Source: the human T2T-CHM13v2.0 reference genome, Homo sapiens
DNA length: 64,000 bases
Assembly: GCF_009914755.1 (NCBI RefSeq)
Contig: NC_060939.1
Reading direction: 5' to 3' (one strand)
The translations under genes and the position numbers were made by a program. A model generated the notes under the pieces. That model ran no database searches and had not been told where the DNA came from. It was given only the letters and a program-made list of their open reading frames with translations. Positions 1 through 20,795 of this stretch are shown here, one piece after another (the stretch's first letter is position 1; every line of letters starts with the position of its first letter).

Positions 1-25
1 AATGAATTAAAATATATTTACTGAA

Positions 26-325
26 GGCCAGGTACGGTGGTTCACGCCTGTAATCCCAGCACTTTGGGAGGCCAAAGCAGGTGGATCACCTGGGGTCAGG
101 CGTTTGAGACCAGCTTGGCCAATGTGACAAAACCCCATCTCTATTAAAAATACAAAAATTAGCCAGGTGTGGTGGTGCATGCCTGTAGTCCCACCTACTT
201 GGGTGGCTGAGGCAGGAAAATCGCTTTCACCTGGGAGTTGGAGGTTGCAATGAGTCAAGATCATGTCCACTATACTCCATCCTGGGCAACAGAGTGATAC
301 TCTCTCTCAAAAATAAAATAAAATA
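26..325 (+). mobile_element. Alu
   Basis: GGCCAGG..CCTGTAATCCCAGC dimer with A-rich tail. Confidence 0.95.
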
Positions 326-1624
326 ACAGCATAAAACAAACCTACTGAGCATCTACCTGTGCCAAGCACTATTCTAGGTAAGGAATACAGTGGAAAATGA
401 GATAGACAAATTGAGAAAAAAGAAATAGGATCATCCATTCTTCACTCCCCAGTGTTATAGAACTAATTCAGGCCTATTAACGAAACAACTTAGCGCTATG
501 AAAATGTAATGTGCATAGACTAACACAGGCACATGACAAGCATTTACGGAAAAGTCCACTTAGGTGTTCCATCACCAGGCTCTGCCGGCAGCACTTGGCA
601 ATGAACGTAGCTTCTGCACAGGCTCAGAAAGAGAAGTGAAAGAGTCAGTGCTTGGTTAGGGCACATTCAGTGGGCCTTCATCGAAACGGCTGGAGAGACA
701 CTACCTCTGAGCAGCTTTCTGGAGAAACCTCAACCTGCTTCCTGAAAGGGCAAGCCAGGCTGAACACCTTCAGTAGATAGTCATTTGTGGGATAATCCAT
801 TACCATCTATTTGCGCTATAGGAAAAGCAGCCTTTTGAGAGAGGAGAACTTAGGACAGGGAAGTTTTGCTAGGGATAGGGACTTCGAATTCTGGGGACTT
901 CCCAGTCCCGGGGATGACTTGCAGCTGTGGGTGAATCATGATGGCCACTGATATCTATTGCATATGCGCTGAGCCTCCCAGCCACTTCACTGCATAGATT
1001 AGCTCTGAGAATTCCTGAAACCTACCAGGTAGGTACTTTTTCTCCCTTCTATTTTTATAGATGAAGAAACAGACACAGTGAAGTCACAGAGCCAACAAGT
1101 AAGGGAGCTGGGATGCTAAGCCAATAAGTCTGACTCCAGAGCCTGAAGTCTTCTACTCCCTCTCCCTGTACCTCTGGGCCCCAGGTGGAGAAGGAGAGCA
1201 GGACTACTGCAGTGTTCTTTCTATGCCCAGGCCTCAGCACCCAGTAGGTGACCACACGTATTGAAATGAACAATGACACAAAGAGCACCGTCAAGAACAA
1301 CCTTTTCCTACCCCGACCCTTCTTCATGGAGCTCACCTGGGCCTTGCCCCTCCCCAGCCCCACATTTCCACTGAGTATAGAGACCCGCCTTATTTGCCTG
1401 ACTTTGGAATCTGACCTCTGGCCCGTAGCCATCCTGGGCTCTGCCTCCTTTTGTACATAAAGCCTTTGTCTTCTTAGGAAAATGACCAGGTTCTGCCCAT
1501 AAAAGTATCCAGCCTGAAAGGAAGGTGGAGAGAGAGTGCATCATGGAAAATTATAGAAATGCATTTCTTTGCATTTGAATACTTATAGGATCTCACTTTT
1601 GGCAGCAAACCGACTCTGGGTTAG

Positions 1625-2395
<771 letters not shown>

Positions 2396-2745
2396 TAAAG
2401 AGTTCCAGTCCTTGTCAGCCCAGGCCTGGGATTTCCGTTCTGATGCCATTATATCCCTGGCTTATGTTTGTGACAGGGAAGACCAATTAGCAAGCATGCG
2501 AATGATGGTTCCCTTAGGATGTCCCCTGGCAAGAGTTGACTCCTCCAGTGTCAAGGCTGGGAATTAATGGTTTATAAAAGTGATGTTCCTAGTAGTAGAC
2601 CCTCCAAGAACACTTACTATGTGCCTATGTGCTTGTCCTTGTGAGAAAAGCACTATCTGTAGTAATTCACCCCATCCCCAGGTGAGCTAAGTATGGTTAC
2701 CCTTTTCACAGATGGGGAAAATGTGGCTGAGAGATGAGAAAGAGC

Positions 2746-3036
<291 letters not shown>

Positions 3037-3174
3037 CTACACTATAAGCCTCACACACACCCTCACAGGCATTTTTATCTTGATTTCAGATAACCCATGA
3101 TGATGTTGTAATAATAACAATAATTATAATTATCAACAGGAGCAGACCTTCTGTATTTCAGAATCTTGCATCAC

Positions 3175-3219
<45 letters not shown>
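3175..3219 (+). repeat. (CAT)15 microsatellite
   Basis: Uninterrupted CAT run. Confidence 0.97.
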
Positions 3220-3223
<4 letters not shown>

Positions 3224-3581
3224 TTAATAGCTAATCCTAGTCATTATGTTATTCCACACACTGTTCTAAGGATTTAACTCATCTAACCTTCCTAACAGCA
3301 GGACAAGTTAGATCATTTGGTTAAGGTCATATAGCTAGTATGCTGGAATTTGAACCAAGGAAATCTGGCTGTAACACCCTCATTTTTTTAAACTTTTTCA
3401 CTGAAGTAGAACATAGACATAGAAAAATGCATGAACCATGAATCTTCACACAGTGAGCACTCTCACTCAACTCACTCAATCCACACTCACTCAACCCACC
3501 AACCAGATCAAGAAATAGAACACTGTCAGCACCAGCAGCTTTTCGCTCCCCACCCAGTCCCCAAGGTAACCACTATCTTAA

Positions 3582-3764
<183 letters not shown>

Positions 3765-5093
3765 TGAGTTAGACAGAGATAGTTATATATCAAGGGCTTT
3801 AAGCAGGGGAAATGACAACAAATCACTTCAGTCATATTGTAACAGTACCTGCATCCTATTTTTGAACTTATATAAATGCCCCTTCATTATCAACCATTAT
3901 GCCCTCTCACTTAGTCCTCATAATGACCCTAGAGTCTAGAAAATAGCTTTGCCTCATGCCCATTTTACAGATGAGGAAATTGAGTTCTCTGCAACAATTT
4001 AGTAAGTTTCTTGAGACCCCACGTCAGTCCCAGCTACTTGCCCAGGGTGGTCTCACATCAGTGTGTGGTGGAAGTGGGAGTATCACCAAGATCCTTGAGG
4101 CTGACTGCACCATCTGCTGCCTTACCATCCACCCGGCCTGGATTTCTGCTAGGAAACTCAGAAACACATTAGATACTCAGGGATGTTTGTGTGAACAAAT
4201 GGTCCCATTGCCCTAACTGCTCCAAAGCTTCCTACCACAGGCCTATCCCTGCCTTTCCAGGGGACCCATCTACTCCAAAGTCCCCTCTCTGTTAAAACGA
4301 CATGAGCTTCTGTTTTTTCTTCAAAATCTGCAACAAAGTCCCACCTCTTCGTCTTTGCACATGCTTTCCCCCTGCTGACAAGAGTCTACTCCCCTAGGTA
4401 CATGCTTGGCTTCCTCCTTCACTGTTCAGTGTCACCTCCTGGACAAGGCTGACCCCGACCCCTGACTCTGTGTCTGCATAATGCAGCCCATGTGCTCTCT
4501 TGTTCTTCTGCCTTTGTCTTGGAGTGCTTATTCCATTTGACTCTATATTCTACACATATATTTGTTTGTCTCCCTCTAGAATGTATGTGCCATGAGGGCA
4601 AAGTGCTGTTTTATTCACTGCTTTATTCCCAGGGCCCAGATTTACATGGCACACAGTAAGGACTCAATAAATCTTGAGTGGATGGAAGACTTGGTTAGCA
4701 CAGAACTTCTCCATCAAAATAAAAATAGCCTCCACGAAGGAAGGATACCTAGAATTTAAATCCACTGCTTTGCTCCCAGGGGCAGTGCTGTGGACTTTTG
4801 CCAGGGTCTGATCTTTAGTTGTGACAAAGACAGGAGGTTGTGGGGAACAGGGCCAAACCCAGTGAGGTAGCTTATCTGCTGGCCAGGAAGCCACGGAGGG
4901 CCTTCCCTACCCCTCTCAGGCTGCTACGGTGATTGTTCCCCCATGTCTGCAGCCAGCCAAGGTGCCCCACCCCAAAGCATCAGAGGAGAGAACCAGCCAC
5001 CAGCCCAGAGGTGACAATGGGGCTGCTGTGTGCTATGGGCCCTTGGGTAGGGCACGGGCTCAGGCAAATGAGCCAGAGCACACGCAGATATAG

Positions 5094-5318
<225 letters not shown>

Positions 5319-5610
5319 TAAGGCTGCTTCTACCCACAGGTCCCTCATAGCCCACAGCCCCTTGGGGCTGAGAAAATGGTCTGGGAACTCTGGATCAGAC
5401 TGGTTCCCATCCTTTCCCTGGGCTAGGCAGGGGCCCTTGGAGGCGGGGGGCAGGGGAACAGACTGAGGAGCGCCACATCCTCTGGTGGTGGCTTCTGTAG
5501 GCAGAGTCGGGGAGGGCAACGGCCTCTACTTTAGTACAAGTTGAGGATGGCTGGGGCTGCCAGGCTGCCAGAGGACAGAAAGAGGGCCAGGCCCTGACTT
5601 GATGAGTAAC

Positions 5611-5720
5611 TAGGGGACCATATCTTTTATCGTCCAAACCGGAACACTATTAGTAACTAAGCTAGGAGAACCGTCATAAATGGGGCCATCCCAGGCAAAC
5701 CTGGATGCATGGTTATCCTA
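5611..5720. mobile_element. MER94-like hAT MITE
   Basis: Ends TAGGGGACCATAT / ATGGTTATCCTA; internal TATCGTCCAAACCGG. Confidence 0.6.
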
Positions 5721-5869
5721 GGTATAAAGGCCAAGATACAGGTTTGGCTTTCTATTTGGGCTGGGTCTCCAAGCAGCCAAAACACCTGATGAAGGAATGG
5801 CAAATCCAGCCAGTCCTTAGGTCCTGGCACAGCACCTGCACAGAGCCAGGGCCAGCTTTATGGTCACTG

Positions 5870-6010
5870 ACTCGTGCAGCAGCACAGGGTCAAAAGGGCT
5901 CCACATTTGGTTTAATGCTCTGCTGTCACTGTCTGGAAACTCTAAATCGTTTTGAACCAGGGGCCCCATGTTTTCATTTAGCACCTGGTCCTGCAAATGA
6001 TTTAGCTGCG
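5870..6010. mobile_element. MER91A-like hAT relic
   Basis: GGTTTAATGCTCTGCTGTCAC..TTTTCATTT matches recalled consensus. Confidence 0.55.
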
Positions 6011-6606
6011 TAGAACAGGCGCTCGGTATTTGGTGAGTAAGTGAGTGAGGGAATACATATCTGGTCTGTGTACTGCCAAACCACAAGACAGCTGGAACTT
6101 TTCTTCATGCCTCCAAAGTATTTGGCACCATGTGGAAAATCTCTGTAACTGCCTGGGATTGAAGGGGACAGGAAGAGGAATGAGTCCCTTTTAGCTGCTT
6201 CAGACACAGCAGCATCTTCTCCCTGCAGAAGCTTGTGTGTAGTGCACATCCTGCAGCACTGTACACAGTGGTTCTGAGGGAGGGACTCCCCACTAAACCT
6301 CAACATCTCCAGCTGTGTGGATTTATTCTTGCTACACAACCATCCAGGTGGAGAGTGGGTGGCCAGGGTCAGCAACCAATGTGCCTGCTAGTGAGGCTGC
6401 AGTGGGGAGTTGGGGGGGTTGCATATGGCTTCAGACCCTGACCCAGCCCCAGACAGTCTTGAACTTAATCATTTGGGCCCAGATAGGCCACATGCTGAAC
6501 CCTGACAGGCCACAGACCCATCCACAGGTCTGAGTGGCTCCTCTATAAAGGGTTGGAGGTCTGGAACCCAAAGGCATGGCCAGCAGGGATTCCAAGAGAG
6601 GCCTAA

Positions 6607-6759
<153 letters not shown>

Positions 6760-7125
6760 TAAGAGGGGAAGCCCTCTGGGCAAGCAAGCTCATCCTACCA
6801 TAACCTAGCCTTGCAGATTAGTGCAGAGGCCCCACTGGCCCAAATTGCCTAGATTTCCCTGGGTCCTGACTCCTGAATCCCTCAATCATCCATCACATGC
6901 TCAGCAGACACTTCCTGAGCAGCACTGGCCATATACTAGGGATGAAGACACGGCCTTCAAAGGAGGTGAGTGGGGTTCGGGGAGGCTTCACAGAGGTGAA
7001 CTTTGAGCCTAGGATAGAAGGAAGAATACAAGTTGCTAGGCAGAAAGGAGGGTGTGGTTGGGGTTTAGGAGGGTATCTCTGGTAGATGGAACGCCATGTG
7101 CAAAAATACAGAGGCATGAAAGACA

Positions 7126-7180
7126 AGGGTGCTGGGGGAGCTGCAGGGTGCTGGGGGAGCTGCAGGTTGCTGGGTGCAGC
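7126..7180 (+). repeat. 19-bp tandem repeat AGGGTGCTGGGGGAGCTGC, 2 exact copies plus a degenerate third
   Basis: Copies at 7126-7144 and 7145-7163. Confidence 0.9.
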
Positions 7181-7959
7181 AGAACACTTGGTTCCTTTGG
7201 AGGAATGCCTGGAAGGGAGGGTGGAAAAAGCTTAGAATGGCCTTGGATGCCTGGCTAAGTCTGTAGACCATGAAGGATGATCTGGTTCAATGTATTTGCA
7301 TAGGTCCTTTAGGCAGCCTATGGAGAGAGGACTGGAAGTCAGAGCTGGAGGTGTGGGGGCACTGGGGACTCCTGCAATTGCCTGGATGTGAGATAATGAG
7401 GTCTAGGCTAGGGTAAGACAGTGGGGATAGAGAGAAGGAGACAAGGTAGCGAGGACAAAGGCAAAGATGGTGATGTCAGATCTTGTCCCAAGAGTAGGTT
7501 GGTCAGGACGGGGAATTCAGAGGAGGTAAGAAGGCTTCCCTAAGTAGGGAGGGAGGCCAGGGCTCCAGAGTAAACTTAAAAGGCTTCAGATTCTGATTCA
7601 AAATTGTCACATATTCAGACTGCCCCAGTTCAAACCCTTACCTTGAGCAAGTTACTTTGCTTCTCTGTTCCCCCGTTTCCTCATCTGTAAAATGGGAATA
7701 TGATAGTACCTGCTTCATAGGCTTGATGAAAGTGTGCAATCAGTTGATACGTTTAAAACTGTTTAACACAATGCATAAAATGTAGTAAGGACTTTAAATA
7801 AATGTTAATCATTGTTAAAATATTTTTATTCTGTGTGCCAGACACTGTGCTAGGCATTTTGAAATATACTAACTCAGTAGTTTTCAAATGTCTTTTGAGC
7901 TTTGGGGATTTTTTTATTTTCTTTTGTTTTGTTTCTTCCCAGGTGAGATCTTAGGGAGA

Positions 7960-9920
<1,961 letters not shown>

Positions 9921-10450
9921 TTCTAGGAAAAAGGGAGATGAAGAGGGTAGGATTTTAGGGTGGGACTTTACAGGCCGAAGAGGGGGTGGGAGCTGGAACT
10001 CCATCATTGCAGCAGGGTGGGGAGTAGGGTGAGGTTGAGTTGTACAGGTGCAGGGTTGGATCCTGTCTTTATTTAAAACTTTGGTGTTTTGTTCATTGTG
10101 GATTTTTTTCATATATTTTGATTTTCTAAAATACTGCGTTATTAGTTTTCTTTATTGAGTTTTTTGGTGCCCCTTTAAATTTCGCACCTAAGATGAGTGC
10201 CTCACTTGCCTCACTCCAGTCACAGCCGTGCTCTCCCTGACTCCACCAGAGCAGGCTTAGGTACTTCCCAGGATCCCAGGGCTCCACGGTTTGAAAACCT
10301 CTCCGTAGCTTCCTGATGAACACACCATGGCTCCAAGTGGGGTACAGTGGCCCCAGGTCAGGCAGGTCTGTTCTGGATCAAGAGCTGGGACCCCTCACCT
10401 GCACCCAGGCACAGAGCTCAGACCCTGGGCCAAGGCTGGGCTGCCTGTGA

Positions 10451-11456
<1,006 letters not shown>

Positions 11457-11544
11457 TGAGAAAATGGATATGAAATGCCTGAATATCCCTTAGTAAGCTG
11501 TAGCATGGGGTGCCTGTGAGTCAATATTTTATTCTTCTCCATAG

Positions 11545-12182
<638 letters not shown>

Positions 12183-12721
12183 GAAGGATTTTTCTTTATA
12201 TCAGATCACAGCATGCCAACAGCTTCTCCTCATATTTAGAATAAAACCTAAACACTTCACTGGGGCCCACAAGAGCCTCACCAGATGCCCTGCTACCCTC
12301 TGCTTCTTCACTGGAGGCTTCAGTGAGGCCTTTTCATTGGCTTCTTTGGCCTTCTAGATCATCCTTGAACATACCAACCTTGCTCCCACCTCAGGGCCTC
12401 TGCACTGGCTCTACCATCTGCCTGCAATGCTCTTCCTACAAGATATCTGCATGGTTTACACTCTAACTGCATTCCATTCTCTTCTTAAATATCACCTCCT
12501 CAGAAAGGCCCACCTACATGACAGAAAATGTTGCCTTCCCCACCTGCCGTTCTCTCTATCCCATGACCCTGCTTCGTTCTTTGTAGCACTGATCATGCCC
12601 CCACACTCCATTGTCTTGTGATATATTCACCCATCATATAGCACATCAAACCATATTGTGCTACACAGCGCAGCAGTAGGCTGCCCATCTCCCAGATTAG
12701 AATATAAACTCCCAAGAGTTA

Positions 12722-14168
<1,447 letters not shown>

Positions 14169-14459
14169 TAGGAGACAACCTGAAGCCCCCAGGCATAGGC
14201 AGGTCAGGTCACCGCCACTGCCTGGAAGTACACAGAATTTTCCAGCCCTAATATCTGCCTAGAAGTGGTGGTGGTGGTGGTGGTGGGAGAGGCAGCTGCT
14301 AGATTTGGATGTAAGATGGGGGCTTCCAGGCCCTTCTAAGGGCATTCTCTACAGCAGATCAGGGTTCCCATCCCCTCCGTCTCAGCCTCTGCAGGGGTCT
14401 TAGCGCCTCTGGGAGCAGGAGAATGGCCCCTTTGCTCCTACTCCCTCACCTTGTAGCTT

Positions 14460-14935
<476 letters not shown>

Positions 14936-16020
14936 CCCAGGACCTCCATTTCCTCATCTGTAAAATGGGCTGATCCTCTGCTTGTATCCAGGGGTAGGTG
15001 CCCAGAGGATAATGCTAGACACCCTCTCCTGCTCAGAACACAGCCCAGAGAGGGCTCTTGATGAACAGAGCTATTATTCTGAGGATCTCTGGGGTGGTGG
15101 TGGTGGTAGTGGTGGTGGTGGTATTGGTGGCAGAGGCAGCTGCTAGATTTGGGTGTAAGCTGGGGGCTTCCAGGACCTTCTAAGGGCTTTCTGTGCAGCA
15201 GACCAGGGGTCCTTTCCCCTCCCTCTCAGTTTCTGCAGGGGTCTGATAAGTAAGGAAGAGAGGGGACCAGGAGTGTGGAGAGCGGTGGCCAGGAGTGGGG
15301 CTGGTTCAGGGTTCTCAGGGAGGCAGATGAACTCTCTGGAGCCCTCGGTCCCAACTACACTCTGCCTATACCCAGAGACAATAAAACCTGAGAGTCCCTT
15401 CCCCATGGGCAAGTCCTCTGATCTCAGTCAGGCACACGCGGATCTTCCTGCCTGGGCTCCTGGTGGAAAGATCTTCCTGGGAAGTGCTGACGGCTCCTCC
15501 CTCAGGGCAGGGCTGTGCCCACACACCCCATGGATAGCAGCCTTTGAGATCCTCACTCTCTGGGGACCACAGACCTGGCAGTGGAGACCCTCAGAAGCCA
15601 CATCCCATGTCTGCTCTTTCCCTGCGGCTGCCCCATGTCCTCTCCCATCTCTGTGGGCCTGGGTACAGCTTCACCCCACCCTACCTCGGACACCAGTGCA
15701 TCCTGAGGCCCCCAGCTGTGGGTCAGGGGAGACCAGGGCACTCCAGGGAGGTAAGGTGAGGCTCGCCACCCTTTCTACCCTCCTTCTTCCCCTTCTCTCC
15801 TTAGCCAGAAGAGGGTGAACCCTGCATCTGAAATTGGGGAGCTAAAGGTGGGATTTCGGGCACTGGGAGAGGCTTGTGGAATCAACTATCAGAATTCCAA
15901 CCTGGCCTCATGTCCTAGGCTTGGGCCCCCAACCCAAGGTCAATGAGGGGTCCTCGGAGCCTGGGTCTTTCCCTCCCTGTCCAGCGACCCCAGGCCCCAG
16001 TATCTCCTCCTTCCTTGCAG

Positions 16021-16071
16021 CCTGACAAGCTTCGGAGGCTCTTCTTCACGTACAGGAAGCACAAATTCTGA
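16021..16071 (+). CDS. SH2D7: SH2D7 last coding exon (PDKLRRLFFTYRKHKF*)
   Basis: Strong acceptor tctcctccttccttgcag|CCT; TGA at 16069-16071; joined CDS 1356 nt = 451 aa. Confidence 0.9.
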   Translation, partial: PDKLRRLFFTYRKHKF

Positions 16072-16898
16072 GGGCCTGGCATCCGGCAGCCCACCAGTGG
16101 GTTTCCTGGTACCCAGGCCATGCCAGGGGTTATCGCAAAGGCCTCAGCTCACTTGAAGGCACCCTTTGGATCTTGAGACTCATCCAGCCTGCTACAGAAC
16201 TAGGCTCCGAGACAGCCGAGGTGCCTGCCTGAGAGCAGGTGGAAGAGGACCTTGCAGGTGCCTGCAGCTCCTGGCTATGTCCTGCTTTCCTTGTGCCTCC
16301 CATCCATGCACAGGAGGGACTGGAGAGGAATGAGATTGGCCAAAGGCAGGGGTCACCACCCCCATTTCCCAGATAAGCATGCTGAGGCCCAGGCAGACTG
16401 ACTGAACCTGCCTCCCACTACTGAGCACTTACCGAATGTGTGGCAGGCTGTGTGCTAGCACAGACACCTTTCTAACTGGCCAAGTGACATCATGCAATTG
16501 CTACCGAGAACAAAACCAGTTCCCCTCCTTGCGGCCCCATCAGCGAAAAGGAGGGGAGGGCCAGAAGCCACATCCTCTGCTTCAGGCCTCTTCGCTCCAG
16601 CTGTACCCTCAGGTCAGGCTGGCTCTTCCTGGAACTCTGTCCCTCAGGAAACTTCCTGTTTTGTGTGTCACTTCCCTTCCTATCCACATGTCCCCTTCTC
16701 TATAAGGGTGGACAGCTGGCTTGCTACCCCACTCCCAACAACCCCCAGGCCTGGGATGCAGAAAACAGGACTGATCATCTCCAGAGAGAACACCATACGT
16801 GCCCCTCCTCCCTGCCCTGACCCTGGGCAGAGCGGGCTCAGGTTGCATTTGTGGGAAATCTACTCTTAGTGACCACTTGGCTATGCAGCTTTTCCTGA

Positions 16899-16904
16899 AA
16901 TATA
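16899..16904 (+). terminator. Candidate SH2D7 poly(A) signal (variant AATATA)
   Basis: I saw no AATAAA between the SH2D7 stop and the CIB2 3' end; AATATA is a recognised variant hexamer. Confidence 0.35.
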
Positions 16905-17219
16905 GGCCTGTAAGAGTCCCTCCCTCCTTGGGGGTTTAAGGATTGAGACTGAAGCAACTGTCCCTGTGCCTGAGTGGTTAGCACTCCCAAATGTTAACCA
17001 GAGATACTGTCAGGGAATTCACGGAAGGTTCGGGGCATGAATGTGTTTTCCTCCCGATGGCACACGCACTGAAATCAAAGTTAGTGCCTAAAGCAGGAGG
17101 CACTGCCTAATGCCGAGAGGTGAGACACCAATGGTGGGATTTCAAGGATCAGAAGCAAAGGTACCCTCAAACATTTCCTAACATTAGCATACATGGAGAG
17201 CAAAGGGATGCAAAAGTGT

Positions 17220-17225
17220 TTTACT
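17220..17225 (-). terminator. Candidate CIB2 poly(A) signal (variant AGTAAA)
   Basis: TTTACT on + = AGTAAA on -, about 640 nt past the CIB2 stop; no canonical signal seen. Confidence 0.45.
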
Positions 17226-17865
17226 ACCAGGAGTTCACAAATCTGTGGACAGCACACCAGTGAGGATTCCACGGTGTTGGGGAGGCAGGCAGGGTGGTAC
17301 TCATGACCCAGAGGCAGAGACAGGAGCAAGAGCCCTTGGGCCCACTGCACCCACAGCTTCACATTGTGAAGGAGGCCGGGAGAAGGGGAACAGGCAGGGG
17401 TGGGAAGCAGCCCAACCTTGGGTTTTGGAAAAAGATTGCATAGCTCGTTAAAACCCTGACCTCTTTTTTTTTTTTCCGCTCTGTCCTGGGTGACCAGGGT
17501 GTCTGCCAGCACTTGGACACGTCAGACCCCACCACCTCCTGTTGGGTTATCTGCTTTTCCCTCTTGGGGGGGTGGGGAGCATTTCTGGAGTAGGAAAGGA
17601 CTGGGGCATGGGGCGGGGTGCGGAGGGCCTGGAGAGAGGCCATGGGTCCCGGGGCTGGACCACAGCGGGGCTGTGGGAAGGGTCCTAACCTTCACAGGCC
17701 CCCTTCCTGGTTAAGGTTTTTTTTTTGCTGAAAGGGCCACAGGATATATTTGTGGTGTAAACCCCAGAGGCTGCCACTGCTTTCCTGGGGAGCTTGGAGG
17801 CCACACCCATGTGACTGCAGGGCAGGATGGTGGACTTCTAGGCCCCTACAGCCTCGGCAGTGTCC

Positions 17866-17887
17866 TCAGATCCGGATGTGGAAAGTG
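17866..17887 (-). CDS. CIB2: CIB2 coding exon 6 (S-TFHIRI*)
   Basis: Acceptor tctctctttctag|C; TGA at 17868-17866; joined CDS 564 nt = 187 aa. Confidence 0.95.
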
Positions 17888-18205
17888 CTAGAAAGAGAGA
17901 AAGGGCAAGAGAGGGTGAGAGGCCCTGGGTCGGGCAGGTAAAGGCTCCTCAGGGAAAAGCACAGCAGGCCCCAGCCCCATGCTGGACAGTGCCTCATTAG
18001 GGAACCCTGCATAGTGGATGCAGGTAATCAACACTGGGGGAAGACGGAGGAACAGCGGTGCCCAGGGAGTTCTGCCCCCACTTATCACTGAAGGGGCCCC
18101 CAGGTCTTCAACCTTCCCCCTGCAGGGGACAAAGGCCAGTCACACGTCTAGGGCAAGGGTGGCTTGAACGTGACCTCCTGCTTCCTGGCCGCACACCACT
18201 GCTCA

Positions 18206-18544
<339 letters not shown>

Positions 18545-19501
18545 CTACACTATAGCTCTTCCTCCTAGCTGGCCCCACTACCTCCACCAGCTTCTGATGT
18601 CCCCAGAGCATCTCCATGCACACTCTTGGGATACTGGATCCCTGCCCCCAAGAGGGCTTACCCACCAGGCATCGCTTAAACACCCACATCCACCACCAAC
18701 AACAACCCCACAATGACTAAACCACATCCTGAAGCAGGTCAAAAGTCCAAATCTGAGGTTTCCTGAGAACTTCAGGCTTAGGCCAGATAGCCCTTCCTGG
18801 CCTTAGCCCACAGTGGACCCAGTGTTCCCTTTAGACTTCTAGAGCTAAGGAAACTAAGGCCCAAAAAGGCCATGCGATTGAATCAAGGTGGGAGAGCCAC
18901 TCGGAGATGGAGCAGGGATTCTGACTGGGGCCTATGGGACTCTAAGACCCATGTTTTCTAAACTGCACCCCGTTGCCTCAGTGGTGTGTGACCAGAAGAC
19001 ACGGTGGGTCAGGAGACTCAAAATCAAAAGACCCTTAGAGAGGGGCCTGTGCCTGGCCTTTGTGCACACAGAGCAGGGAACATGGTTTGATTCTACCCAG
19101 CAAAAGGCACTACCACTGCCCCAAAGCACAGCAAAATGGTTCAGAGGACCGAGCCATGCCTGGCCACATCAAAGTGAACTCTCTCTTCTTACATTTTGAG
19201 CCCAACTACCAGATCTGCGCATGTGCTGTTTCTTCTGCCTGGGGTCCCTTCCCAGCAAACTCCTGGTCATCCTTCAAATTTTGGCTCACACATCACCTCC
19301 CAGTGGCGGGGCTTTCTAGCGATAAGGGTCCTCTTCCCCGCAAATGAGCTTCTGTTGCCCATTGGCAAACTCTGACATTAATGGTAGTGACAAAGACCCA
19401 TCATGTGAGCATTATATGCTCTTTCTCATTTAATTTTCAAAACAAAACTATGAGGCAGGCACAATTGAATCTCCACTATACACATGAAGAAACAGAGAGG
19501 T

Positions 19502-19806
19502 GGCCAGGCGCGGTGGTTCACGCCTGTAATCCCAGCACTTTGCGAGTCCGAGGTGGGTGGATCACGAGGCCAGGAGATTGAGACCATCCTGGCTAACACG
19601 GTGAAACCCCGTCTCTACTAAAAATACAAAAAAAAAAAAATTAGCCGGGCGTGGTGGTGGACGCCTGTAGTCCCAGCTACTCAGGAGGCTGAAGCAGGAG
19701 AATGGCGTGAACCCAGGAGGCGGAGCTTGCAGTGAGCTGAGATCGCACCACTGCACTCCAGCCTCGGTGACAGAGCGAGACTCTATCTCAAAAATAAAAA
19801 AAGAAA
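19502..19806 (+). mobile_element. AluY-like
   Basis: Diagnostic ACCATCCTGGCTAACACGG and AGAATGGCGTGAACC. Confidence 0.92.
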
Positions 19807-20444
19807 CAGGGAGGTGAAAAGGAGAGGTACCTGCCTGAGGTCACATCCCGGTCATTGTTGGACCCTAGAGCCCAAGCTCTTGGGGTGACTCTGCCCTGTC
19901 TATCTCTGCAGAGGCCTGGGCACAACTCTAGGGTATGCGTCAGGGAGTATTCATCTCTGCCCATGGCATGGGACATAGCAAATCTCTGGAAAGATTTGCT
20001 GGCTGGCTGGCTGAATTCCTGTGGCCATTTAACCTGAGTAAACTGAGGCTCAGAAGTGAGATGATCATTGTTGCAAATGAGGCCCCAGGCCTCCCCAGCG
20101 CCAGACTAGGAGGGCCCTGGCTGCCTCTCCCCACTCCACCCCCAGCCTAGAGCAGCAAGGAAGCCACAGTTCTTCCATGTATTCCTGTGCCCACCCGGTC
20201 CATGCGATCTGCACGCCCCTGTCTTGGGCAGACAGCAGCCCGTCCCAGGAGCAATGCTATGGGGTCCAAGACCGGGCGGATGTTGGGTGGAATCTGAGAA
20301 GCTTTTTACATGAGCCATGTGGGCATAGTTTGTGGAGGGCAGACTGGCAGGTATTTTCTTTCTAATATGCAAGCAAAACGTGGGTGCACAGACAGAAACC
20401 AAAGTCCTCTGAAATAAACATGATAACTAGAAAGTGAAACGTCA

Positions 20445-20795
<351 letters not shown>

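Noticed and set aside
3175-3219. (CAT)15 as a poly-His coding tract
   Set aside because: No ORF or splice context; ordinary intergenic STR
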